Assembly (NCBI GenBank): GCA_018334755.1 | Contig: JAGXLI010000001.1 | Coordinates: 21,023-85,022, forward strand | Length of the DNA stretch: 64,000 nt | Direction: 5' to 3' | Source of the DNA: Thermoplasmatota archaeon | Lineage (GTDB): Archaea > Thermoplasmatota > Thermoplasmata > Halarchaeoplasmatales > Halarchaeoplasmataceae | In this document: positions 20,628-30,200 of the stretch, piece by piece | How positions within the stretch are numbered: position 1 is the first letter of the stretch | How the letters are laid out: each line of letters opens with the position of its first letter | The notes under the pieces: model-generated | Database searches by the model: none | Seen by the model: the letters and a program-made list of their open reading frames with translations, nothing else | What the model was told of the DNA's origin: nothing | Position numbers and translations under genes: made by a program

Positions 20628-20929
20628 CTTAAATACACCATAAGATTGCGCTTACAATGAATAAAGCTATTTATTTTTTATCAAAAACCTTCTATGGATA
20701 ACAGACCGGTTTTGATTAATCCAGAGGAACAGCGCGCTGTATAAGCAACTAAGCAAAGTTTTAGCGTCGGAAAGTAACTCTACCGAACGGATAGCTGGAA
20801 GTCCTATTGAAATATCGACCTAAGATAATTCTGCGGAAGACTCCTTGTTTTCGTACTCTCTGTAAACATGGCTCGAAGTTTGAAAGTTCAGCCGTATCAC
20901 TTTTCAGATCCTAAAAAGAAGAGAGTAGA

Positions 20930-22123
20930 TCATCTCTCTTCATAGATGATGCCTTCGTACATCGGATGCCTCCTCTCCTCGACCTTTTTGTCTTTATCCT
21001 CGAAGACCCTCTTTTTTAGGCTGTCGAGCCCTTCATCCAGGGCCTCCATCATGTTCCAGTCCACCTTCTTAGCGTAGTACATCCCGAAATCGGTCGACAA
21101 CCGCAATCTTACGCTGTACTTGGCTTGAGTTCCGTCTTCCTGGTGAGACACGACGTGAACGTTCAACACCAGAGGATCTAAGACCTTGTTCATCTTTCCT
21201 AAACACTTTTGGATCATATCATACATCTGGTCGTAAACATCGGATCGCCCCTTCAACCCGGATATCTGTACATAGACCTGGTCAGCTTCCCGGAAACTCG
21301 TGATCATCTCTATCAGGTCGAACTGAGTGATAACGCCTTTGATTTCACCCTCTCGTGTCACCACCAGTGTAGAGATGCCTCTCTCGTTCATCTTTTTAGC
21401 TGCGTCGTGTATACTAGAATTCAGAGAGATCGTTATCGCGGATTCGGACATCACGCTTTTGACCTCTATGTCCCTTTGAGGCGAATCTATCTCACCGCCT
21501 TTGCTATTTTTCTCTTCTCTGGGTATAGGTCTGGCAACTTTATTTAAAATATCCTGGATACCGATCATGCCTATGAGTTTTTCGTGTTGATCCACAACGG
21601 GAAGGACCCTGACGTCGTACCTATCCATCATCGATTTTGCTTTACCGATATGTTCGTCTTCCTCGATGGTTTCGGGATCCGGGGTCATGTAGTCCTTTAC
21701 CGAGGTCTTTTTTAGCTCGTTTATCGAGGGGATCGTTCTGCTTATGTCCTTCCGGCTGATGAATCCTTCGTATTTTCCACTTTCAGAAGTAACCGGGACT
21801 CCACGGTAACCGGAGGAGAGAAGGAGTTCGCAGATCTTGACGAGTGAATAATCCTTCTTCACCTCTGGAGGTGGATTCATCACGTGTTTTATCTTTGTGG
21901 AAAAGGAGAGGTTCCTTCGATCTATGAATGTATTATCGCTGATGAACCCTACCACTTCCCCATCTTTCACGACCGGGACCTCTTCCAGATCGTATTCTCT
22001 CATGAGACCGATAACGTCCGAAACGGTCTCGTCCGGGCTCGTGTGCTTCAACTTTCCGCTCATCACATCTCCTGCTTTGATATCTTTTATGTTTGTCATT
22101 TCTGTCACCTTCCTTCTTCTCAC
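20930..22123 (-). CDS. CBS-domain protein (four CBS motifs) with an HPF/YfiA-like (ribosome hibernation factor fold) C-terminal domain
   Basis: Four CBS modules, for example VMSGKLKHTSPDETVSDVIGLMREYDLEEVPVV and VMSESAITISLNSSIHDAAKKMNERGISTLVV. The C-terminal roughly 100 aa (VYVQISGLKG...VHVVSHQEDGTQAKYSVRLRLST...MEALDEGLDSLKKRVFEDKDKK) resemble the sigma-54 modulation / HPF fold. The likely true start is the internal Met of MTNIKDIK at about 22099. Confidence 0.65.
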   Translation of the reverse strand: MRRRKVTEMTNIKDIKAGDVMSGKLKHTSPDETVSDVIGLMREYDLEEVPVVKDGEVVGFISDNTFIDRRNLSFSTKIKHVMNPPPEVKKDYSLVKICELLLSSGYRGVPVTSESGKYEGFISRKDISRTIPSINELKKTSVKDYMTPDPETIEEDEHIGKAKSMMDRYDVRVLPVVDQHEKLIGMIGIQDILNKVARPIPREEKNSKGGEIDSPQRDIEVKSVMSESAITISLNSSIHDAAKKMNERGISTLVVTREGEIKGVITQFDLIEMITSFREADQVYVQISGLKGRSDVYDQMYDMIQKCLGKMNKVLDPLVLNVHVVSHQEDGTQAKYSVRLRLSTDFGMYYAKKVDWNMMEALDEGLDSLKKRVFEDKDKKVEERRHPMYEGIIYEER

Positions 22124-22633
22124 TATTACCCAACAGGTTTAAGAATTTTCCCTATTCTATTGAAGAGAATGCCGGTCCAAGTCTTTTGAGAGATATCGTT
22201 TCGAAAAATTTTTAAATTCCACGCGAGATGGAATAAACATGGCATCAGAAAAAGTGACCACGGTGCTTAGAGATGATCGAGGACATAACCGAGATAAGTG
22301 AAAGAGGCGTAATGGTGACCCCTGCCTTGGCGATCGACAGTGAAACAAAAGCTAAAGGCGAAGTACTGGATCCGGAAAAGATAAAGGAACTGCTGAAGTG
22401 AGGGGAAACTCGTCCTGCCAGGCCGTAAGCGAGGTATGATCGGGGATCGAGAGTAAAGTTTCTGAAGTCACCCTGAAAATCTCTTTCCCTTCTCAGTTAT
22501 ATGATAGATCACGAAATTAGACCTTCTTTCACCATCTATGAGTCCAACATCCTTCAGAATGGAGAGATGATAGGATAACTTCGAGTCCCCGATTTCCAAC
22601 ATCTATAAATATTCGTATAACCTTAATATAGAT

Positions 22634-23137
22634 ATGTCATCTGCAAAAGAGGTAGTTATCAAAAGTATCGACGAAATAGAATCACTTTTAGCGAGGGCCT
22701 ACTGGTTAGAGGAGGAATTTGAAGGAGTGACGCAGTGGGAGGCTTACACATCGGTAGAAGATAAATACAAGGAGCTCCTTTTCAGGTTATCTCATGAATC
22801 TGAGGGACATAAGGAATCCTTAAAAAAACTGATCTCGAATGTCGAAGGTTTGGACATGGATGCTATCAAGCAAAATTCCCAAGCTCGTAATGAGATAAAG
22901 TTCAAAAAGCATACTGAAGACGTTGAGATCTTGTATGAAGTATACGAGAACGACCAATTAGCTCTAGATCTCTACCAAAAAATACACTCGATGACTTCTC
23001 ATGAATTCGTTGAAGAGGTGTGGAATGGAGATGATCCTGAAGAATTTTTTGAAATACTTTCTGATATCATCAAAGAAGAGAAAGAACACATCAATGCTTT
23101 GGGGCAATACGCTCAAAAGCTGGGGCGTGTCAAATAA
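22634..23137 (+). CDS. ferritin-like (rubrerythrin-like diiron) domain protein, putative
   Basis: Two E...ExxH pairs (EEEFEG / ESEGH and ENDQ / EEKEH) spaced as in four-helix-bundle diiron proteins. TATA-like TATAAATA lies about 35 bp upstream. Confidence 0.4.
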   Translation: MSSAKEVVIKSIDEIESLLARAYWLEEEFEGVTQWEAYTSVEDKYKELLFRLSHESEGHKESLKKLISNVEGLDMDAIKQNSQARNEIKFKKHTEDVEILYEVYENDQLALDLYQKIHSMTSHEFVEEVWNGDDPEEFFEILSDIIKEEKEHINALGQYAQKLGRVK

Positions 23138-23170
23138 AAATAGATAGAAAATAGCATCTTCCTACTTTTT

Positions 23171-23620
23171 TTACTTCGAATTCAACTCATCGAATACCGC
23201 TTCAACGTTCTCTCCGGTCTCTTCGACTATCTCCTGCCATTCTTTGTTATCGGGCGCGACGCCCAGCAATCTGGCTACCTTCATAATCGAGATGTGATAA
23301 ACGGTCTGAACTCCCGGTTCCTCTTCCCAGATGACCATATTGCAGGGGAAGAGGCCGCCCATCCTCATCGTTTGGTCTAGAGCTCGATCCGCCACCTCCG
23401 CGTTACAGGCGCCGAGCACGTAGTAGGGGTCTCGATCAGCGTCCACTTTTTTATTCAAAACTTCTGAGGGCGAAAATTCCACCAGGATGCCGAAGCCGTT
23501 CTTTTCACATACCTCTCTCACATATTCTACGGCTTCTTCGTGCTCCATCTTGAGCGTAGCTATTTTCTCTCCCCTGTCTTCTGGCTCGAAGACGCTGGGA
23601 TCCACTTTCAGTTGCATCAA
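23171..23620 (-). CDS. DUF302-domain protein
   Basis: GFGILVEF...YYVLGACNAEVADRALDQ...GLFPCNMVIWEE matches the DUF302 pattern (G.C.P...LPC...V.E). Confidence 0.65.
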   Translation of the reverse strand: MMQLKVDPSVFEPEDRGEKIATLKMEHEEAVEYVREVCEKNGFGILVEFSPSEVLNKKVDADRDPYYVLGACNAEVADRALDQTMRMGGLFPCNMVIWEEEPGVQTVYHISIMKVARLLGVAPDNKEWQEIVEETGENVEAVFDELNSK

Positions 23621-23623
23621 CTC

Positions 23624-24067
23624 TCACCTGCTGAGTTTCACGTCTACGCCTTTCTCTAGGGTGCTATCCACAGGGCACCTATTCTCTATGGTCTCTAAAA
23701 AGTGCGGTATCTCCTCATCAGGTATGCCCTCTATATTTATCACTTTCACCCGTATCTCTTGGAAACCCGAAGGTACGTCCGCTTCTCCTCTGACTCCCCG
23801 GGTATCCAGATCTCCTTCTACTTCGAGTTGGAAATCCTTCAGTTCATGTCCCATCTGTTTTGCGACTATGGTCCCTGTAAAATCGAGACAGGCGCCGAGC
23901 GAGCCCAGAAGTACCTCAACGGGATTCGGACCTTTATTCGTTCCACCGAGCCTTTCCGGCTCGTCTATAGTGATAGAGAAGTCCCTTATCTTGATCTCGG
24001 ATTCGAATCCACTTTTTTTCTCCAGCAGAGCTTCGTAAGTGTTCATATTTTCGCTATTTTCACCCAT
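23624..24067 (-). CDS. OsmC/Ohr-family peroxiredoxin-like protein
   Basis: GGTNKGPNPVEVLLGSLGACL and a C-terminal CPV motif, characteristic of OsmC. Confidence 0.8.
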   Translation of the reverse strand: MGENSENMNTYEALLEKKSGFESEIKIRDFSITIDEPERLGGTNKGPNPVEVLLGSLGACLDFTGTIVAKQMGHELKDFQLEVEGDLDTRGVRGEADVPSGFQEIRVKVINIEGIPDEEIPHFLETIENRCPVDSTLEKGVDVKLSR

Positions 24068-24238
24068 GTTATCGTTATAGATATAAGGGAGTTATATAAT
24101 AAAGTTGGGGGGTTAGCGGCTTCATCACAAAATGTTTAATTAGATTTTTATCTCAGAAAAATGTGGTAGTCATTTGTTCCTCTTGCGTATAACAAATCCC
24201 AAAAAAATATAAGTTCCTGGATAACTATCACTTAACAT

Positions 24239-26461
24239 ATGGCCAGAAGACGTTTGGATATGATGAGTAGGATATTTACACTCATGGTCATCTCCTTTTT
24301 AGCTTTGGGCGTGGTCTCAACATCACAGGCCTCTCTCTCCACTCCAGAACAGGCTACTGTTATCTCCCCACGGAGTACTGAGGAAGTAGAAAGTGACTAC
24401 CAATCTCACGGGTCGATAAGGATAGATTCTAACGAGGACTTCGCAGCCCAGGCTGAACAAGAAAACTGGCCCGGGAACGGAACCGCGGAAGATCCTTACA
24501 TGATAGAGGGATACGAGATAGACAGTAAGGGCTCTGGTTACTGCATCTATATTGGGAATACCACCGTAAACTTTGAGATCAAGGACAATTACCTCCATGG
24601 GGCGAGCGGGAATGATGGGAGATTCTTTAGAAACTCCGGGGTGTATCTACGCAACGTAAAGAACGGTCTTGTTACCAATAACACGGCGGTGAATAACGAG
24701 TACTATGGTATCTACCTCTTAGGGTCTCAAAATATCGCCGTTATCAACAATACTGCGAGGAAGAACGATATGGGGGTCGCCCTCGAGGAGTACAGCAAGG
24801 AAAACACGGTGGCAGACAACACAGCCTCGGAAAACGGGTATCACGGGATACTTCTGATGGGATCTAGCGATAATAATGTTATCAAAAACAACATCGTCTC
24901 GAACAATACCAGAGCCGGGGTTCGGATCGAAGGGTCTAACGATAATTTAATCTATCACAACCGATTACTTGAAAACGGCAATCAGGCCTATGATGACGGA
25001 AATAACAGTTGGGACGATGGAGACCCTGCGGAAGGCGGTGGCGGTGGAAATTACTGGTCGGATTACAAGGGAAATAACAGAGGAGACGGTATAGGCGATG
25101 ACCCTTACCGCGTGGAGGGAGATGGTAATCAAGACGATTATCCGTGGGTAAATATTCGGATGATCCATCCAGCGGGTAGTTTCAATATCTCTGTAAAGGA
25201 TATTCCCGTCGGAGAGTCTCCAATTATAGAGATATCCGACGGGTACGATGTGCACGACAACCTCCTGAACGGTGATTACAGCGTAGAAGTCGTGGTAAAC
25301 AACAGGACGGAGAGGAAGGAACTGACATTTTCTCAAGGCGATTCAAAATATGTTGGAAAAGAAATGAATGAGACCGGCGAATATACCGCCAAAGTTACTA
25401 TAGATGGCGTCACTGGATATGATACCTTTTCCGTGGGGGTCGAAACCCAGGGAAGGATCGAGATCGAGCCGGAGGGAAAAACCGTCCATGCAGGCCAGAA
25501 GGTCTCTTACACGGCAACGGAGTATGACGAGAACGGCTCTGAGGTAGGGAACGTGACCGAAGAAACGGAGTGGTCGATAGAGGATGGAGCGGGTGGCAGC
25601 TGGGATCAGTCCCGGGGGTTCTATACTTCGGAGAACGTCGGCGAATGGAAAGTTACAGGCACCTACGAGGAACTGACCGATAATGAAACTCTAACAGTCG
25701 TTCCGTCGGATTATAATCTCACGATATCTATCCAGGGGGAAGGGAGTACGGATCCATCCGAGGGTATACACGCCTACGAAGACGGTACCGAGGTCGATGT
25801 AACGGCCATACCGGACGAGGGCTGGTATTTTGCCGGGTGGACTGGAAACATTACCAGTGGTGAGGGGGAGATCACGGTGAAGATGGACAGCCATAAGAAC
25901 TTAACCGCCAACTTTCAAAAGGAAGGAGTCGAATACTTCGATGTGAAGATCATCTCATGGGATGAAGAAGCGGGGAAAGAAGATAAGCTGACGGTAACCT
26001 ACAGAGTTAAAAACATGGGTAAAGAGAAGGGCACACAGGATATAGCCTTTTATGTAGATGGCAAGAAAATCGATAGGAGGAAGGACGTCGCCATCCCGGC
26101 CGGAGAAAATCGTACCGATCATTTCACCTGGGAATTTGAAGAGGGAAGGGAATACGAAATCGAAGTTGCCAGCAATGATACGACCGATTCAGAGATGGTG
26201 ACAGTAGATGGTACTTCCTCCCTTGATGAAGAGAGTCCAATATTGGGGATATTGAGCCACTACTGGTGGTTGGTACTTCTTGTGGTGATAGTAGCCCTCG
26301 CCGGTATGGTTTTCGTTATTACCCGAGGTAAAGGAGACTCGGAGGGAAAAAAACCGGAGCAGCCCCCTGCTCAGAAAAAACAGTATCAAGATTTCCCTAC
26401 AAGCGAATCGTTTGAAGAGGAGAAAGGAGAGCGCTCCGACTCCTCTAAGTATGACTTCTAG
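24239..26461 (+). CDS. surface protein with a right-handed parallel beta-helix (NosD/PbH1-like) region, Ig-like domains, a C-terminal TM anchor and a charged tail
   Basis: Signal peptide. PbH1 repeats (NNTAVNNEYYGIYLLGSQNIAVINNTARKNDMGVAL...NNIVSNNTRAGVRIEGSNDNLIYHN). The C-terminus is HYWWLVLLVVIVALAGMVFVI followed by a K/E-rich tail. Confidence 0.7.
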   Translation: MARRRLDMMSRIFTLMVISFLALGVVSTSQASLSTPEQATVISPRSTEEVESDYQSHGSIRIDSNEDFAAQAEQENWPGNGTAEDPYMIEGYEIDSKGSGYCIYIGNTTVNFEIKDNYLHGASGNDGRFFRNSGVYLRNVKNGLVTNNTAVNNEYYGIYLLGSQNIAVINNTARKNDMGVALEEYSKENTVADNTASENGYHGILLMGSSDNNVIKNNIVSNNTRAGVRIEGSNDNLIYHNRLLENGNQAYDDGNNSWDDGDPAEGGGGGNYWSDYKGNNRGDGIGDDPYRVEGDGNQDDYPWVNIRMIHPAGSFNISVKDIPVGESPIIEISDGYDVHDNLLNGDYSVEVVVNNRTERKELTFSQGDSKYVGKEMNETGEYTAKVTIDGVTGYDTFSVGVETQGRIEIEPEGKTVHAGQKVSYTATEYDENGSEVGNVTEETEWSIEDGAGGSWDQSRGFYTSENVGEWKVTGTYEELTDNETLTVVPSDYNLTISIQGEGSTDPSEGIHAYEDGTEVDVTAIPDEGWYFAGWTGNITSGEGEITVKMDSHKNLTANFQKEGVEYFDVKIISWDEEAGKEDKLTVTYRVKNMGKEKGTQDIAFYVDGKKIDRRKDVAIPAGENRTDHFTWEFEEGREYEIEVASNDTTDSEMVTVDGTSSLDEESPILGILSHYWWLVLLVVIVALAGMVFVITRGKGDSEGKKPEQPPAQKKQYQDFPTSESFEEEKGERSDSSKYDF

Positions 26462-26524
26462 GCAGCTGTGACTCTTAGCGTGAAATGATCTCACCTAAAA
26501 AGGGTGAAATAGAAAGGTTCGTTT

Positions 26525-27022
26525 TCAGTAGATGGTTACGCTCTTCACACCTTTTATCTCTTTAATCCTTTCTACGGCTTCCATCGGAACCGAGGTATCG
26601 GTGGTTATGAAAATCTTCGCCTTCTCGTGGAACTCGATCTCCCTCGTGATACACTGCCTTACGATCACATCCAGGTCTGCCAAAATTTGAGTCACCCCTG
26701 CTATTATCCCTGGTTCTTCAGCCGAGGTCGGTATGATCTCTATCAGACCGGCATCTATCTCCCGGGCTACCTCTCCAAAAAATGCAGTAGTCTTCAAGTT
26801 ACTATATATATTGTACAGTTCCTCGTTTTCCTGGATCGTCTTGATAGTCGCATTGACGGTCCTTCTATCCACGTCTAGCACTCTAGAGATCCTGACAGGT
26901 GACATGAGTATCTCGTTGCAGTATATCTTCCCATCCTTCACCTTGAGTCCCGTCTCTAGAAGGAATTTAGCTACTTTTTGTTGGGATGAATAATTTTGAA
27001 AGTGCTTTTTGATCCTCCACAT
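26525..27022 (-). CDS. ACT-domain regulator (archaeal HTH plus ACT amino-acid-binding regulator family, COG2150-like)
   Basis: An N-terminal winged-helix-like region (VAKFLLETGLKVKDGKIY) and a C-terminal ACT fold (PGIIAGVTQILADLDVIVRQC). It is divergent from the second S8 protease gene. Confidence 0.65.
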   Translation of the reverse strand: MWRIKKHFQNYSSQQKVAKFLLETGLKVKDGKIYCNEILMSPVRISRVLDVDRRTVNATIKTIQENEELYNIYSNLKTTAFFGEVAREIDAGLIEIIPTSAEEPGIIAGVTQILADLDVIVRQCITREIEFHEKAKIFITTDTSVPMEAVERIKEIKGVKSVTIY

Positions 27023-27158
27023 CGCTTCAATTGAACTAAATTATAGGTAATTAGTTTTTTGGTTTGCTACACTCTCAGAAGTAATGTCGTTAAAATTTCG
27101 TTCCATTTTAGAATTTATCATCTTCCAGATGTCCTTGGAGAGTCCCTTTTTTCAATCA

Positions 27159-27172
27159 TATTATATATATTT
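27159..27172 (+). promoter_or_regulatory. TATA-box-like element (ATATTATATATATTTT) upstream of the second S8 protease gene
   Basis: About 55 bp upstream of the start. A second TGTATAAATG lies at about 27194. Confidence 0.3.
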
Positions 27173-27223
27173 TATGGACAACCCTTATTAGCAATGTATA
27201 AATGAGTACATTGAGGACTTAAC

Positions 27224-30200
27224 ATGCGTGAAAAAGTCTCTTTTATAGTCATCAGTTTATGTATGGCTGCATTGTTGGTGATAGGCGGTGTCTCCACTGC
27301 TACTTTTTCTAGCGGTCCTGACACTGGCACGGAAAAACAGACGACAGGGGAAAATCACATATTGATAGAAAAACCGAAGGATTTCTCTCCAACCGAATTC
27401 AATCTTGAGATCGTAGAAGACTATGGATCTACCCTCCTGATAGAACCCGACTCTGGAGGAATACAATTGAGCTCGAGCGATGATTTCACTGTCCTGAATG
27501 ACAATCTGAACAAGATATATCTGAGGAGAGAGACCATAAACGTGAACACTGAACCTTCGCTCCAAGTGGCTGAAGGTGTTGAAGATGGCTATTACATGAT
27601 AAAGACCATCGGGCCTGTAAAGCCAGAGTGGCAGGAAACCTTGGAGGAAGAAGGCGAGATAGTGGATTATATACCCCAGAACACTTATGTCATGGAAATA
27701 AGCTCTAGTGGTTTAACGAACATCAGGGAGAAAGATTTCGTCCAGTGGATCGGAGAATATAAGCCGGAGTACAGGATTTCCCCGGAGCTTGAAGATGCAG
27801 AGGGAAATATTAAGGTGACCATCAGCTGCTATAGGGAGACTTTTCAGGTCGGGACAGAAGTGGAAGAATTTGGAGATGTTATCAAAACCGGTGAGGAGAC
27901 CCTCACGGCAATAGTGGATAGCTCAGATATAAAAGATATAGCCAATATAAAAGGTATCAGTTGGATAGAAAAGGATACAGAGATGCAACTGATGAATGCA
28001 GATGCTCAATGGACTGTCCAGACAGGAAATACTGGTGAACGATCGGTCTGGGACCACGGATTGACCGGCGACGGTGAGATCGTCGGTATCTCGGATACCG
28101 GTATCGATTACGATCATTCTGCATTCAGGGATCCAGATGATAACCCGATCGGTTTCGACCATAGAAAGATAGTCAGATACAAGGCGTATGCGGACGATCA
28201 TGACCTGGACGAGAGCGGGCACGGCACCCATACCTCGGGTAGTATAGCCGGTAATGATTCCCCGTTCGGTTCGAACTCCAACGATGGGATAGCCAAGGAC
28301 GCAAGGTTGTCATTCTTCGATGTGGGTGGAGATGGAGATAGCCTGGAACTCCCGAGCGACTATTCAGAGATATTCCAGCCAGCTTATGATGACGGCGCCA
28401 GAGTACATTCCAACAGCTGGGGAGGACAGGACAGTTCCTATACCTCCGACGCCAAGGATGTAGACGAGTTCATGTGGAATAATAAGGATATGCTTATATT
28501 GTATGCTGCGGGTAATGCTGGGGATGGTGCCAGTACGATAGGCACTCCAGCGACCGCTAAGAATTTGATCTCAGTAGGCGCCTCTGGAGACGGAAATAGA
28601 GAAGTATCTAAGAACGATATGGCGAGCTTCAGTTCGAGAGGTCCGACCGACGATGGGAGGATGAAACCTGAAATTGTAGCTCCAGGCGCTGGAGGCGAAG
28701 GTACTTATGGAGATGATGACATCATCTCTGCGGACTCTGACGGGGATCTGAGCACTGATAACAGCGGCTACACGGATATGCAGGGCACCAGCATGGCCTG
28801 CCCCGTAACTGCGGGAGCGGCCGCATTGGCCCGAGAATATTTCGTGAAGGGTTATTATCCTGATGGAGATGTATCGAACCCCTCGGCAGCATTGATAAAA
28901 TCGGTTCTGGTCAACAGCGCCGAAGAGATAACTGGCAGCGGGGCTTACGCCAATGATGACAGCTATCCCAACGATGATCAAGGATTCGGTCGTATAGAAC
29001 TGGAGAACGCGCTTGAGTTCAGCGGAGACAGCGAAGATCTAAAAGTATATGACGAGACAAGTGGATTGGGTACCGGTGAGACCGATACTTACACTGTCGG
29101 AGTAGAAGATACCTCTCAGGCCCTGGAGATCACGATGGCCTACACCGATTATCCAGGTTCGACTTCATCGAGTAAAGCTCTAGTGAACAATTTGGATCTT
29201 AAAGTCACCGCACCAGATGGTTCGGTTTATAAAGGCAACGTATACAGTGGTAAGAACCCTGGTCAATCCACTACAGGTGGGAGTTATGATGACCTCAACC
29301 CGTTGGAGAACGTATTGAGACTTTCTCCACAATCCGGAGAATACACCATAGAAGTCATAGGTAATAATGTTCCTGAAGGTCCTCAGCCATATGCTCTTTC
29401 TTTGACCGGCGGTTTCAGCTCTTCCGGCGGAGGAGGAAACACGGCGCCTGTAGCTGACTTCAGTTACAGTCCGACCGATCCCGGCACGGGAGAGACGGTT
29501 CAGTTCACGGACCAATCATCTGACAGCGACGGAAGCATAAGTTCACATTCATGGGACTTCGGTGACGGCTCGACCTCGAGTTCTTCTGATCCTTCTCACA
29601 ATTACTCATCTTCGGGCACTTATACTGTACAACTGACCGTAACGGATGACGGGGGAGCTACGGACACGGCTTCTCAGGACCTCTCGGTAGGATCAAGCAG
29701 CGGCGGAGACGGATACAGCACGGTAAACGGTGGAGATACTAGCTATGGAGAGTACATAACGAACGTGCAGTTCAACGGGATAAACAAGGACTCGGGAGAC
29801 GATGGAGGTTACGCTGACCATACCGGAAGCGTGTCTAACAACGTAGAGCCGGGACAGACCTACGAGCTCTCGGTGACGTTGAGCACGGAAGGTTACTCGG
29901 ACTACGCTTCAGTGGCTATAGACTGGGACCAGGATCAAGACCTCAGTAACGATCAGGTTATAGAGATAGGTAATGGGAACAGCGATCCGCTGACGGTCAC
30001 GGAGCAGATAACCGTACCTTCTGATGCGGCGGAAGGAGAGACGAGGATGAGAGTGATGCAGGAATACGACGGTTACCATACCGATCCGACATCTGATCAG
30101 AGTTATGGAGAGACCGAAGATTATACCGTTTCAGTAGGTTCTAACAGCGGTGGAGGGAACACGGCTCCGGTCGCTGACTTCAGTTACAGCCCGACCGATC

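Noticed and set aside
23990-24010. GGATTCGAATCCAC string resembling a tRNA T-arm
   Set aside because: It lies inside the OsmC coding sequence, and no cloverleaf can be built around it.
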